From NCBI GenBank assembly GCA_051859045.1, contig JBHYGK010000007.1, forward strand, positions 9,724 through 73,723: DNA of 64,000 bases, given 5' to 3'. Of the stretch, positions 46,408 through 59,563 are shown one piece after another; the stretch's first letter is position 1, and every line of letters begins with the position of its first letter. Below the pieces are notes generated by a model that saw only the letters and a list, made by a program, of their open reading frames with translations, was not told the DNA's origin and made no database searches. The position numbers were made by a program, and so were the translations under genes. The stretch comes from Lysobacteraceae bacterium. Its GTDB lineage: Bacteria; Pseudomonadota; Gammaproteobacteria; Xanthomonadales; Xanthomonadaceae.

Positions 46408-46437
46408 TTGCGTCGGCCGGGTGGGGGCGCGTATCAT
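46408..46437 (+). promoter_or_regulatory. candidate sigma-70 promoter of rpsU
   Basis: TTGCGT (46408-46413) - N18 - TATCAT (46432-46437), about 85 nt upstream of the rpsU ATG. Motif-only evidence. Confidence 0.4.
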
Positions 46438-46521
46438 ACGCGGCTCGCCCGGTGTGCCGGGTCGTGTCCCACCGCTTCAGCCAGTCCCGGCCACGCCGGA
46501 ACCCAAGAGTCCGAGACCCCT

Positions 46522-46737
46522 ATGCCCAACGTCAAAGTCCGCGAGAACGAGCCCTTCGAGTTTGCGCTGCGCCGCTTCAAGCGCACCTGCGAGAAGGCGG
46601 GTGTCCTGGCCGAGACCCGCAAGCGCGAGTTCTACGAGAAGCCGACCCAGGAGCGCAAGCGCAAGGCGGCCGCCGCCGTGAAGCGCCACCTGCGCCGCGT
46701 GGGTCGCGACGTCACCAAGAAGCAGCGCCTCTACTGA
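46522..46737 (+). CDS. rpsU: 30S ribosomal protein S21
   Basis: [48 protein letters not shown]... is near-identical to the canonical S21 pattern. 71 aa. Confidence 0.97.
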   Translation: MPNVKVRENEPFEFALRRFKRTCEKAGVLAETRKREFYEKPTQERKRKAAAAVKRHLRRVGRDVTKKQRLY

Positions 46738-46756
46738 GCCGTTGCGCTTCGCCCGG

Positions 46757-46797
46757 AAGCCGGCCGCGTGCAAACGCCGCCGGCTTTTCGTGCTTTT
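46757..46797 (+). terminator. probable intrinsic terminator/attenuator after rpsU
   Basis: AAGCCGGC (46757-46764) pairs with GCCGGCTT (46779-46786), followed by TTTTCGTGCTTTT. Confidence 0.55.
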
Positions 46798-46861
46798 GGG
46801 CCCGGCCGCCCCGCGCCGCCGCCCTGCCCCGCCCACCGCATCGCCCCGCAGGAGATCCCGC

Positions 46862-47308
46862 ATGTCCATGAAGCAGCGCCTCACCGATGACATGAAGACC
46901 GCCATGAAAGCCGGCGAGAAGGACCGCCTCGGCGTCGTCCGCCTGGTCCTGGCCGCGGTCAAGCAGCGCGAGGTGGACGAGCGCATCGAGCTCGACGACG
47001 CCGCCGTGCTGGCCGTGCTCGAGAAGATGGTCAAGCAGCGCAAGGACTCGATCAGCCAGTACGAGGCCGCGGCCCGCGAGGACCTGGCCCAGGTCGAGCG
47101 CTACGAGCTCGGCGTCATCGAGGCCTACCTGCCCGCCAAGCTGGGCGAGGCCGAGGTGGCCGCCGCCATCGCCGCCGCCATCGGCGAGACCGGCGCTGCC
47201 GGCCCGGCCGACATGGGCAAGCTGATGGGCGTGCTCAAGCCGCGCCTGGCCGGCCAGGCCGACATGGGCCTGGTGTCGCAGCTGGTGAAGAAGGCGCTCG
47301 CGGGCTGA
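46862..47308 (+). CDS. GatB/YqeY domain-containing protein
   Basis: MSMKQRLTDDMKTAMKAGEKDRLGVVRLVLAAVKQREVDE...YLP...GKLMGVLK is the canonical YqeY-like sequence. Confidence 0.9.
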   Translation: MSMKQRLTDDMKTAMKAGEKDRLGVVRLVLAAVKQREVDERIELDDAAVLAVLEKMVKQRKDSISQYEAAAREDLAQVERYELGVIEAYLPAKLGEAEVAAAIAAAIGETGAAGPADMGKLMGVLKPRLAGQADMGLVSQLVKKALAG

Positions 47309-47360
47309 GCCCCCCGTGGCATCCTGCGCGTCCCTTCCCGAGTAGCGGCCGCCCGCCCCG

Positions 47361-49106
47361 ATGGCCCGCATCCCCGACGCCTTCCTCGACGACCTGCTCG
47401 CGCGCACCGACATCGTCGAGCTGATCGGGGCGAAGCTGCCGCTCAAGCGCGCGGGCCGGGAATGGACCGCGCGCTGCCCGTTCCACGACGAGCGCAGCCC
47501 CAGCTTCTACGTCAGCCCCACCAAGCAGTTCTACCACTGCTTCGGCTGCGGGGCGCACGGCTCGGCGCTGAAGTTCCTGATGGAGTACGAGCGGCTGGAG
47601 TTCCTCGACGCGGTCGAGGAACTGGCCAAGCGCGCCGGCGTCGAGGTGCCGCGCGAGACCCACCAGCAGCACGGCAGCGGCGAGTTCCAGGCCCTCTACG
47701 ACGCCCTCGCGGCCGCGCAGGGCTTCTTCGTTCGGCAGCTCGCCGCCAGCCCCAAGGCCCAGGCCTACCTCGAGAAGCGCGGGGTCGACGCGACGGTGCG
47801 CCAGGCCTTCGGCATCGGCTACGCGCCCGAGGGCTGGGACGGCCTGAAGTCCGCGCTGGGCACCGACGAGCGCCGGCTCGCCCTGCTCGACAAGGCCGGC
47901 CTGCTCTCGCGCAGCGAGGGCGGCAAGGTCTACGACAAGTTCCGCGACCGGGTGGTGTTCCCGATCCACGACCGCCGCGGCCGTGTCATCGCCTTCGGCG
48001 GCCGCGTGCTGGCCAAGGACGACGGCCCGAAGTACCTCAACTCCCCCGAGACCGCCCTGTTCCACAAGGGCCGCGAGCTCTACGGCCTGTGGCAGGTGCG
48101 CCAGGCGCACACCCGGATCCCGAAGCTGGTGGTGGTGGAGGGCTACATGGACGTGGTCAGCCTGTTCCAGTTCGGCGTGAACACCGCCGTGGCCACGCTG
48201 GGCACCGCGACCACGCCCGACCACGCCGAGCTGCTGTTCCGCAACGCCGCCGACGTCTACTTCTGCTTCGACGGCGACCGCGCCGGCCGCGGCGCGGCCT
48301 GGAAGGCGGTGGAGTCGGTGCTGCCGCGCATGCGCGACGGCCGCCAGGCCTTCTTCCTGTTCCTGCCCGACGGCGAGGACCCCGACACCATCGTGCGCCA
48401 GGAGGGCGCGGCGGGCTTCGACGCGCGCCTCGCGCAGGCCACGCCGCTGTCGGAGTTCGTGTTCGCCGAGCTCGGCCGCGACGTCAACCTGGGCAGCCTC
48501 GATGGCCGCGCGCGCTTCGCCGAGCGCGCCAAGCCCATGCTCGAGAAGATCCCCGACGGCGCGTTCCGCGACCTGATGCAGGCCCGGCTGGGCGAGATCA
48601 CCGGCCTGGCGGCGCGCCCCGCCGCGGCGCCCGAGCCACCGCGCGCGGCGCCGCGCGGGACCCCGCGCACCGCCCCGGCCCCGCGCCGGAGCATGGTGCG
48701 CATCGCGATCGGCCTGCTGCTGCAGCAGCCGGCGCTGGCCGAGGCGCTGCAGCCGCCCTGGCGCTTCAGCGCGCTGCGCCAGCCGGGCGTCGCGCTGCTG
48801 GTGGAGCTCGTCACCCTCGCGCGCTCGCGCCCCGGCATCACCGCGGCGGGCCTGCTGGAGCACTTCGAGGGCCGCGAGGAGGCCGCGGCGCTGCAGAAGC
48901 TGGCGCTGGCCGAGCATCCGGGCGAGCCGGCCGCCTGGGCCGAGGAGTTCCTCGACGCGGTGCACCAGCTCGAGCGCCAGACCCTGGAGCAGCGCCGCGA
49001 CGAGATCGCCGAGAAGGAGCGCGCCGAGGGCCTGACGCCCGAGGAGCAGCGCGAGCGCTGGGCGCTGATCCTCGAGATCAAGTCGATGGCGGCCCGCGCG
49101 GGCTGA
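47361..49106 (+). CDS. dnaG: DNA primase
   Basis: Zinc finger CPFHDERSPSFYVSPTKQFYHCFGCGAHG, RNA polymerase core, Toprim (VVVEGYMDV...DGDRAG), and C-terminal helicase-binding domain. Confidence 0.95.
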   Translation: MARIPDAFLDDLLARTDIVELIGAKLPLKRAGREWTARCPFHDERSPSFYVSPTKQFYHCFGCGAHGSALKFLMEYERLEFLDAVEELAKRAGVEVPRETHQQHGSGEFQALYDALAAAQGFFVRQLAASPKAQAYLEKRGVDATVRQAFGIGYAPEGWDGLKSALGTDERRLALLDKAGLLSRSEGGKVYDKFRDRVVFPIHDRRGRVIAFGGRVLAKDDGPKYLNSPETALFHKGRELYGLWQVRQAHTRIPKLVVVEGYMDVVSLFQFGVNTAVATLGTATTPDHAELLFRNAADVYFCFDGDRAGRGAAWKAVESVLPRMRDGRQAFFLFLPDGEDPDTIVRQEGAAGFDARLAQATPLSEFVFAELGRDVNLGSLDGRARFAERAKPMLEKIPDGAFRDLMQARLGEITGLAARPAAAPEPPRAAPRGTPRTAPAPRRSMVRIAIGLLLQQPALAEALQPPWRFSALRQPGVALLVELVTLARSRPGITAAGLLEHFEGREEAAALQKLALAEHPGEPAAWAEEFLDAVHQLERQTLEQRRDEIAEKERAEGLTPEEQRERWALILEIKSMAARAG

Positions 49107-49235
49107 GGCCGGCGCCACCCGGGGCGTGACCTTTGGCCTACAGGGCCATCACGCGCGACGCGTACGCTCGGCCCCTCGACCCGCGCGCCTCGCGGGGTCG
49201 GTCCGACTTCCGCTCGACCACCGGGGACACACCAC

Positions 49236-51257
<2,022 letters not shown>

Positions 51258-51281
51258 GCGCCGCGCTCCACCGCGGCACCG

Positions 51282-51311
51282 GCGAAGGCCCCGCGCGAGC
51301 GGGGCCTTCGC
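51282..51311. terminator. 13-bp GC hairpin between convergent genes (possible bidirectional terminator)
   Basis: GCGAAGGCCCCGC-gcga-GCGGGGCCTTCGC between the S9 peptidase and ctaB stops. No clear U-tract. Confidence 0.45.
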
Positions 51312-51321
51312 GCGTCCGGGC

Positions 51322-52263
51322 TCAGCCGACCGGCTCGAAGTCGATGGTGGCCGCCGGCACCGGCGCCTGCGCGGGCATCGGCAGCAGCCAGTGGTCGGCG
51401 AGCAGGAAGGCGAACAGCGCCATCAGGTAGACGATGGAGTAGTTGAACATCTTCATCGCGAACGCCTCGCCCGGCGGCGCCAGCATGCGCACCGCGTACC
51501 ACAGGAACACCGCGCCCAGCACCAGCGCGCCGCCCAGGTAGAACAGGCCGCTCATGCGGAACACCCAGGGCAGCACGCTCACCAGCAGCAGCAGCACGGT
51601 GTAGAACAGGATCTGCCAGCGCGTGTAGGTGACGCCGTGGGTCACCGGCAGCATCGGGATCATCGCGCGGGCGTAGTCGTCGCGGCGGAAGATCGCCAGC
51701 GCCCAGAAGTGCGGCGGCGTCCAGACGAAGATGATCAGCACCAGCAGCAGCGCGTGCGGATCGACGCCCCAGGGGTCGACCCAGCCGGTGACCGCGGTCC
51801 AGCCCAGCGCCGGCGGCGCCGCGCCGGCGAGGCCGCCGATGACGATGTTCTGCGGCGTGGCGCGCTTGAGCCAGCCGGTGTAGATGATCGCGTAGCCGAT
51901 CAGCGAGGCGAAGGTCAGCACCGCGGTGAGGCCGTTCACGCCCAGCGCGAGGATCAGCATCGAGGCCGCGCCCAGCGCCAGCGCGAACGCCAGCACCTGC
52001 CAGGGCCGCAGCGTGCCGGTGGCCAACGGGCGGTGCTGGGTGCGCGCCATCAGCACGTCGATGCGCTGGTCGAGCAGGTGGTTGATCGCCGCCGCCGAGG
52101 CCGCGGCCAGCCAGATGCCCAGCGAGCCCAGCACGATGGCCGTCCACGGCAGCGGCTGCCCCGGCTGGATCGCGAGGAACATGCCGACGACCGCGGTGAA
52201 CACGATCAGGGCGACGACGCGGGGCTTGGTCAGCTCCCAGTACTGGCTGGCGGCGGAAGGCAT
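51322..52263 (-). CDS. ctaB: heme O synthase (protoheme IX farnesyltransferase)
   Basis: 313 aa polytopic protein. [11 protein letters not shown]-terminus, [24 protein letters not shown] prenyltransferase motif, PHFWALAI. Confidence 0.95.
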   Translation of the reverse strand: MPSAASQYWELTKPRVVALIVFTAVVGMFLAIQPGQPLPWTAIVLGSLGIWLAAASAAAINHLLDQRIDVLMARTQHRPLATGTLRPWQVLAFALALGAASMLILALGVNGLTAVLTFASLIGYAIIYTGWLKRATPQNIVIGGLAGAAPPALGWTAVTGWVDPWGVDPHALLLVLIIFVWTPPHFWALAIFRRDDYARAMIPMLPVTHGVTYTRWQILFYTVLLLLVSVLPWVFRMSGLFYLGGALVLGAVFLWYAVRMLAPPGEAFAMKMFNYSIVYLMALFAFLLADHWLLPMPAQAPVPAATIDFEPVG

Positions 52264-52302
52264 GCGGGCTCGCGGACGGGGGACGGGTGCGGCGGGGCGG
52301 TG

Positions 52303-53442
52303 TCAGTCGGGGCGGCGCAGGCGCGCCAGCAGCGACACCAGCACCCACAGCAGCACCGCGGCCCCGGCATTGTGCAGGGTCGCGACCCACAGCGGCAGGC
52401 CCAGCACCACGTTGCTGATGCCGAGCGCGACCTGGGCCGCCAGGGCGAGGCCCAGGCCCACGCCGAAGCCGCGCATGCCGGTGGTCCGCAGCAGGCGCAG
52501 CGCCAGCACCAGCAGGTGGCCGGTCACGACGAGGGCGAACAGCCGGTGCACGAGCTGGATCGTCGCCCGGGCCGGGCCGTCGAGCACGCCGCCCTCGTAG
52601 TCCACGCCGATGCCGCGCCAGAGCACGAAGGCCTCGCCGAAGTCGGTCTCCGGCCACCACTGGCCGAGGCAGGTCGGGAAGTCGGTGCCGCACGCGAGCG
52701 CCGCGTAGTTGGCGCTGGTCCAGCCGCCGAGCGCGATCTGGATCGCCACCAGCACGATGCCGACGATGGTCAGCCGGCGCAGGCGGCCGGCGTCGATCAG
52801 GGTGATCCGGGCGTTCGGGGTGGCCCGCCAGGCCAGCCAGGTCAGCAGCGAGAAGGTGGTCAGGCCGCCCATCAGGTGGGCCATCACCACCGCGGGCTTC
52901 AGCAGCCAAGTCACCGTCCACAGGCCCAGCATGGCCTGGAAGATGATCACCGCCAGCAGCAGCACCGAGCCGCGCGCGAGGTCGGTGTTGCTCCAGCGCC
53001 AGGCCGCGGCCAGCAGGATCGCCTCGCCGAGGCCCACCAGCACGCTCGAGGCGACGTAGTGCTCCTGCATGTACAGCGGGATGGCGATCGCGACCAGGCC
53101 GGCGGCGCCGAGCACCTGGGCGATGCCATGCCGGCGCCGGCGCGCCGCCAGCAGGGCCAGCGCGAGGACGCCCAGGCCGAGGGTCGCCGCGAGGTGGCGG
53201 TGGATCTGCTCCAGCGGGGCCTTGTGGGTCTCGACCACGCGCTCGGGGAAGGCCTCGTTGGCCTGGGCGACGTCCTCGACGTGGACCGGCCAGGTGGCCT
53301 TGCCGTAGCAGGTGGGCCAATCCGGGCAGCTCAGGCCGGCGTTGGACAGGCGCACGAAGGCGCCCAGCACGACGACGCACAGCGTGAAGGCGACCGCGAA
53401 CCAGGCGATCCGGTGGTAGTGGCGATGCGGGCTCTGCGACAT
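52303..53442 (-). CDS. ctaA: heme A synthase (COX15/CtaA)
   Basis: 379 aa with 8 TM helices. GLSCPDWPTCYG and a second Cys pair region (ACGTDFPTCLG), plus conserved His in the TM helices. Confidence 0.9.
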   Translation of the reverse strand: MSQSPHRHYHRIAWFAVAFTLCVVVLGAFVRLSNAGLSCPDWPTCYGKATWPVHVEDVAQANEAFPERVVETHKAPLEQIHRHLAATLGLGVLALALLAARRRRHGIAQVLGAAGLVAIAIPLYMQEHYVASSVLVGLGEAILLAAAWRWSNTDLARGSVLLLAVIIFQAMLGLWTVTWLLKPAVVMAHLMGGLTTFSLLTWLAWRATPNARITLIDAGRLRRLTIVGIVLVAIQIALGGWTSANYAALACGTDFPTCLGQWWPETDFGEAFVLWRGIGVDYEGGVLDGPARATIQLVHRLFALVVTGHLLVLALRLLRTTGMRGFGVGLGLALAAQVALGISNVVLGLPLWVATLHNAGAAVLLWVLVSLLARLRRPD

Positions 53443-53490
53443 GGCGCGGGGAATCCTTGGCGTGATCCGAGGGGGGGGCGTCGGGCGGGA

Positions 53491-54075
53491 TTACTTCAGC
53501 AGGCGGGCGAGGTCCTTGCGCAGCCCGGTCGGGTCGAAGCCCGGGGCGTAGCGCATGACCAGGAAGCCGCGGCCGTCGATCAGGTAGACCGGCAGGGCGT
53601 CGGGCGCGGAGCGCTCGGGCAGCGCGGCGAGCAGCTCGGGGTTGTCGCCCAGCGGCACCAGCGTGCGCCAGCGCGGCCCCTCGGGCAGCTCGCCGGCCCA
53701 CAGCACGAACATGCGGTCGGCGTGGCGGCCCTCGGTCTGCCAGACCCGGTGCAGGGTGTCGAGCATGCGCGCGCAGGGCTCGCCGCAGTTCGCCGGCGCC
53801 TCGATCACGACGTGCCAGTTGCGCTCCTGCGGCACCCAGGCGAAGGCCTCGCCGTCGGCCTGGCGCGGCGAGAGCGCCTGCAGGTCGATCGGCGCGGGCA
53901 GCAGCTCGCCGAAGTTGCGGGTCTCGCCGGCCTCGGGGCGCCAGCCGGTGAGGTAGAGCCCCATCGCGATCAGCGGCGGGAGCATGAACATCACCACGAT
54001 CAGCAGCAGGGTGCGGCGGGCGCGGGCGGGCGAGGCGGCGGGGGCGGGCGAAGCGGCGGGGGCGGTGGCGGTCAT
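53491..54075 (-). CDS. membrane-anchored cox-cluster protein with CxxxC motif (unknown function)
   Basis: ATGA overlap with the SURF1 stop. One N-terminal TM (TLLLIVVMFMLPPLIAMGLYL), then a soluble approx. 140-aa domain with NCGEPCARMLDTL. Same position as the uncharacterised ORF between SURF1 and ctaA in pseudomonad cox clusters. Confidence 0.6.
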   Translation of the reverse strand: MTATAPAASPAPAASPARARRTLLLIVVMFMLPPLIAMGLYLTGWRPEAGETRNFGELLPAPIDLQALSPRQADGEAFAWVPQERNWHVVIEAPANCGEPCARMLDTLHRVWQTEGRHADRMFVLWAGELPEGPRWRTLVPLGDNPELLAALPERSAPDALPVYLIDGRGFLVMRYAPGFDPTGLRKDLARLLK

Positions 54076-54899
54076 GGGGTGGTCCGGGTCGGGGCGCGTC
54101 GGCGCAGGCCGAGCACGAGGGCGATCACGAGCACCGCGGAGGCGAGCGCCGCCCATTGGAAGGCGTAGCCGCGGTGCTTCTCGGGAGGCAGGGTATTCGG
54201 GAGCAGGTCGAGATCGCGCGCATACGCCGGGCCGCCGAGCGCGGCGGCCGGGATGGCGGGATCCAGGCGCAGTACGCGGGGCACCGGCGGCGCCTCGAGC
54301 GAGAGCGCGCCGGCGAGGGCCTCGGGCTCCAGGCGCGTCGCCAGCAGCGCCGGCCCGACCGCGGTGGCGGCCGGCCCCAGCGCCAGGCCGGTCGAGGGCG
54401 GCGCGGCCAGCAGGCCGGCCAGCACCTGCTCGCCGGCCGGCAGCGGCACCTCGGGCAGCTGGCGGTCGGGGGGCAGCGGCAGCCAGCCGAGCTCGACCAG
54501 CAGCGGCAGGCCGGGCCCGGCGTCGGAGGCGGAGGCGGGCCGCGCCGAGGTGGCCGGGCGACCCGGCCGGGCGAGGAAGACGCGATAGACCCGCACGCCG
54601 GCGCGGCCGTCGCGCTGCTGGTTGTCCAGCAGCACCGCGGGCGCGTCGAGGAAGCGCCCCGCGACCACGACCCAGTCGATCGGCGGCAGCAGGGCGTCGG
54701 CGTCGCCTCGGGCGAGGGCCTCGTCCAGCCCGATCGCGCGGCGCTGGGCGAGCACCTCGGCGGCCTCCGCGAGGCGCTGCGCCTTGAGCTCGCCCTTGGT
54801 CCACTGCCAGCGCGAGAGCATCGAGAACCCGGCCGCCAGCAGCAGCGCGAGCACCCACAGCAGCCAGGCCGGCCGGCGCGGCGGCGCCTTCGTCACCAT
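54072..54899 (-). CDS. SURF1 family cytochrome oxidase assembly protein
   Basis: Start ATG 54899. N-terminal TM followed by LSRWQWTKG (the SURF1 RWQ motif) and a C-terminal HRGYAFQWAALA motif plus second TM. Confidence 0.85.
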   Translation of the reverse strand: MVTKAPPRRPAWLLWVLALLLAAGFSMLSRWQWTKGELKAQRLAEAAEVLAQRRAIGLDEALARGDADALLPPIDWVVVAGRFLDAPAVLLDNQQRDGRAGVRVYRVFLARPGRPATSARPASASDAGPGLPLLVELGWLPLPPDRQLPEVPLPAGEQVLAGLLAAPPSTGLALGPAATAVGPALLATRLEPEALAGALSLEAPPVPRVLRLDPAIPAAALGGPAYARDLDLLPNTLPPEKHRGYAFQWAALASAVLVIALVLGLRRRAPTRTTP

Positions 54900-54965
54900 C
54901 CGCGCACCGCGGCGCGGTCGCCGTCCTGCGATACTGCGCGCCCCTCGAACGCCCGGAGCGCGTCC

Positions 54966-55184
54966 ATGTCGGACACCCTCAAGACCCTCGTCATCGTCGG
55001 TTTCCTGATCATCATCGTCTGGAACCTGGGCGCCGGCATGTACTACATGATGGTGGACAAGGGCGGCAGCGACCGCACCGTGAAGGCGCTGACCAAGCGC
55101 ATCGCGCTGTCGGTCGGCCTGATCGCGCTGGTGATCATCGGCATCCTCACCGGGGTGGTCGAACCCCACGGCGTCGGCGGCTGA
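54966..55184 (+). CDS. twin transmembrane helix small protein (cox-cluster associated)
   Basis: 72 aa with two TM helices flanking DKGGSDRTVKALTKRIALSV. Conserved position opposite SURF1 in aa3 oxidase clusters. Confidence 0.75.
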   Translation: MSDTLKTLVIVGFLIIIVWNLGAGMYYMMVDKGGSDRTVKALTKRIALSVGLIALVIIGILTGVVEPHGVGG

Positions 55185-55192
55185 CGCGCCGC

Positions 55193-55248
55193 GGGGCCGG
55201 CGCCGCCGGCCCCACAGACGACGGGGGCCGGCGTCTCCGCCGGCCCCC
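55193..55248. terminator. two tandem GC hairpins sharing a GGGGCCGGCG core, between convergent genes
   Basis: GGGGCCGGC-gcc-GCCGGCCCC (55193-55213) and GGGGGCCGGCG-tctc-CGCCGGCCCCC (55223-55248). No U-tracts. Confidence 0.4.
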
Positions 55249-55274
55249 GCGCGCCGTCCAGGCGTGCTACGCGC

Positions 55275-56150
55275 TCAGAGCACGTAGACGAACAGGAACA
55301 GGCCCAGCCAGACGACGTCGACGAAGTGCCAGTACCAGGCCGTCGCCTCGAAGCCGAAGTGGTTGTCGCGGGTGAAGTGGCCCTTGGCGCAGCGGAACCA
55401 CATCACGGTCAGCATGATGGTACCCAGCAGCACGTGCATGCCGTGGAAACCCGTCAGCATGAAGAAGGTGCTGCCGTAGATGCCCGAGCTGAGCTTGAGG
55501 TTGTAGTGCTCGTAGGCCTCGTAGTACTCGTAGCCCTGCAGGAACAGGAACACCGCGCCCAGCGCGATGGTGGCGCCGAGCCAGAACAGCAGGCGGCCGC
55601 GCTCGGCGGCGCGCAGCGCGTGGTGCGCCAGCGTGATCGTGACGCCCGAGGTCAGCAGCAGCATGGTGTTGATCAGCGGCAGGCCCCAGGCCGGGATCAC
55701 GTTGAAGGTGCCGCCGATGGCGCTCGGGCCATTGGTCGGCCACGCGGCCTCGAAGCCCGGGTGCAGCAGGGTGTGGGTGGCCAGGCCGTCGCCGGCGCCG
55801 CCCAGCCACGGCACCACGAGCACGCGGGCGTAGAACAGGGCGCCGAAGAAGGCGGCGAAGAACATCACCTCGGAGAAGATGAACCACATCATCCCCATCC
55901 GGAACGAGACGTCGACCTGCTTGTTGTAGTTGCCGGCCACCGACTCGCGGATGACGTCGCCGAACCAGCCGAACAGCATCAGCACCATGATCGCCAGGCC
56001 GAAGAAGAACACCGGCTTGCCCCAGCTGACCTCGTTGAGCCAGTTGGCGACGCCGATCATCGTGATGAACAGGCCGATCGAGCCGACGATGGGCCAGATG
56101 CTGCCGTGCGGGACGAAGTAGACGTTGGCGTCTTTGGATGCTGCGGCCAT
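55275..56150 (-). CDS. coxC: cytochrome c oxidase subunit III
   Basis: Start ATG 56150. 291 aa with 7 TM helices. FFMLTGFHGMHVLLG and WYWHFVDVVWLGLF motifs. Confidence 0.95.
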   Translation of the reverse strand: MAAASKDANVYFVPHGSIWPIVGSIGLFITMIGVANWLNEVSWGKPVFFFGLAIMVLMLFGWFGDVIRESVAGNYNKQVDVSFRMGMMWFIFSEVMFFAAFFGALFYARVLVVPWLGGAGDGLATHTLLHPGFEAAWPTNGPSAIGGTFNVIPAWGLPLINTMLLLTSGVTITLAHHALRAAERGRLLFWLGATIALGAVFLFLQGYEYYEAYEHYNLKLSSGIYGSTFFMLTGFHGMHVLLGTIMLTVMWFRCAKGHFTRDNHFGFEATAWYWHFVDVVWLGLFLFVYVL

Positions 56151-56185
56151 GGCGGGATTCCCGGGTTCTCGAATGATGTCGCGTG

Positions 56186-56773
56186 TCAGGGTGCGGCGTG
56201 GAACGCGCCGGCGCTGGCGCCAGCCAGCTGCTGCGCGGTGGCCGACTCGTTGTTGTAGAAGGTATACGACAGCGTGATCGTGTTCACGCCCTCCGGCAGG
56301 GCCGGATCGACGATGAAGCGCACCGGCATGTCCTTCGTCTCGCCGGGCAGCAGCAGCTGCTCGGTGAAGCAGAAGCACTCGGTCTTGGAGAAGAACGTCG
56401 ACGCCGAGGACGGCGCCACCGAGGGCACGGCCTGGCCGACCACGGGCGCCATCGAGGTGTTGGTGGCGCTGTAGTGCGCCTCGTACAGCTCGCCCGGGCG
56501 CACCCGCATGCGCATCGCGCCGGGGGTGAAGGTCCAGGGCAGCTTGGAGTTCACGGTGCCGTCGAACTCGACGGTGACCCAGCGGTCCTCGTCGACCTGC
56601 ATGCTGGCCACCCGCGACTCGCCGGCCGGGCCTTCCTCGAGCTTGATGCCGAACACCTTCTCGCACGCGATGCGGTACAGCGGCACCAGCGAGAAGGTGA
56701 AGACGAACGAGAGCCCCGCCACCCAGAGGATGCGGGGCAGGGTGCGGTCGCGGGTGGGGGCGGGCTGGCTCAT
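56186..56773 (-). CDS. ctaG: cytochrome c oxidase assembly protein CtaG/Cox11
   Basis: Start ATG 56773. TM anchor followed by [13 protein letters not shown], and copper-binding CFCF ([10 protein letters not shown]). Confidence 0.9.
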   Translation of the reverse strand: MSQPAPTRDRTLPRILWVAGLSFVFTFSLVPLYRIACEKVFGIKLEEGPAGESRVASMQVDEDRWVTVEFDGTVNSKLPWTFTPGAMRMRVRPGELYEAHYSATNTSMAPVVGQAVPSVAPSSASTFFSKTECFCFTEQLLLPGETKDMPVRFIVDPALPEGVNTITLSYTFYNNESATAQQLAGASAGAFHAAP

Positions 56774-56904
56774 CGGCTGGACAGCGACATCACGATGAAG
56801 CCGACGAAGACCGCCAGCGCGAGGCCGCCGAACAGCCACGCGGTGCGGCGCACCTGGGCGCGGCGCTCGGCGGGGTCGAAGGACGGCAGCGGCGGGGTGG
56901 TCAT
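56770..56904 (-). CDS. 44-aa single-TM small protein between ctaD and ctaG (possible cytochrome oxidase small assembly protein)
   Basis: ATG 56904. [44 protein letters not shown]. The stop overlaps the ctaG start (ATGA). Small ORF, so moderate confidence. Confidence 0.5.
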   Translation of the reverse strand: MTTPPLPSFDPAERRAQVRRTAWLFGGLALAVFVGFIVMSLSSR

Positions 56905-56973
56905 CGCGGGCCTCGGTGGAAGGGCGTCAGGTCGGGCGGTCGGCGCCCCGCGCAAGCGGGGCGCCGCCAGGCG

Positions 56974-58602
<1,629 letters not shown>

Positions 58603-58628
58603 GGTGGGATCCTCTGCCTTGTTCCGTA

Positions 58629-59498
58629 TCAGCCTTCGCCGGCCGCGGGAGCGGCGACGGCGGCGGTGCGGGAGACTTCATCGACGTTGCCGGCGCGCTG
58701 CGCGACCAGCCAGGCGTCGTACTCGGCGCGCGGGAGGGCGCGGACGACGATCGGCATGAAGCCGTGGTCCTTGCCGCACAGCTCGGCGCACTGGCCGCGG
58801 TAGACGCCGGGCTCGTGGATCTCGGTCCACGCGTCGTTGGCGATGCCGGGGATCGCGTCCTGCTTCCAGCCCAGGGCCGGCACCCACCACGCGTGGATCA
58901 CGTCGTCGGCGGTGATCAGGAAGCGGATCTTGGTGTCGGTGGGCAGCACCAGCTCGTTGTCGACGTTGAGCAGGTAGGTCTCGGCGTCGCCCACGGTGGG
59001 GACCTCGCCGGACTGGCGGATGCGCTCGGACTCGCCGTCGAGGCGGCTGGTGAACGAGACGTTCTCGCCCATGTACTCGTAGCGCCACATCCACTGGTAG
59101 CCGGTGATCTTGACGGTCATCTCGGCGTCGCGGGTGTCGTAGAGGTTGATCAGGCCCTTGGTGGCCGGGACCGCCATCACGATCAGGATCAGCACCGGGA
59201 TCACCGTCCAGATGACCTCGGCGGTGGTGTTGTGGCTCCAGGTCGCCGCGACGGCGCCCTTGGACTTGCGGAAGCGGAACATCGCCACCGCCATCGCGCC
59301 GAACACCAGCACGCCGATCACCACGCAGACCAGGAACACCATCATGTGGGCGTCGTAGGCGATCTGGGACGAGGTGGTCACGCCTTGGGTCATGTTGAGC
59401 TGCCAGCGCTCCGGCGTGGTGCCGGCAGCCAGGGCATTGGAGCTGCCCAGCATGCCCAGGAGGGCCAGCCCGAGGGCCGAGAAGCGACCTGCATTCAT
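58629..59498 (-). CDS. coxB: cytochrome c oxidase subunit II
   Basis: Signal peptide plus 2 TM helices. CuA centre DVIHAW...[12 protein letters not shown]. Confidence 0.95.
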   Translation of the reverse strand: MNAGRFSALGLALLGMLGSSNALAAGTTPERWQLNMTQGVTTSSQIAYDAHMMVFLVCVVIGVLVFGAMAVAMFRFRKSKGAVAATWSHNTTAEVIWTVIPVLILIVMAVPATKGLINLYDTRDAEMTVKITGYQWMWRYEYMGENVSFTSRLDGESERIRQSGEVPTVGDAETYLLNVDNELVLPTDTKIRFLITADDVIHAWWVPALGWKQDAIPGIANDAWTEIHEPGVYRGQCAELCGKDHGFMPIVVRALPRAEYDAWLVAQRAGNVDEVSRTAAVAAPAAGEG

Positions 59499-59563
59499 GG
59501 TGTGAACCCCGAATTCTGCGTGTGTTTGGTGTGGAGCGTGGGAATGGATCGCCGATGCCTGTG

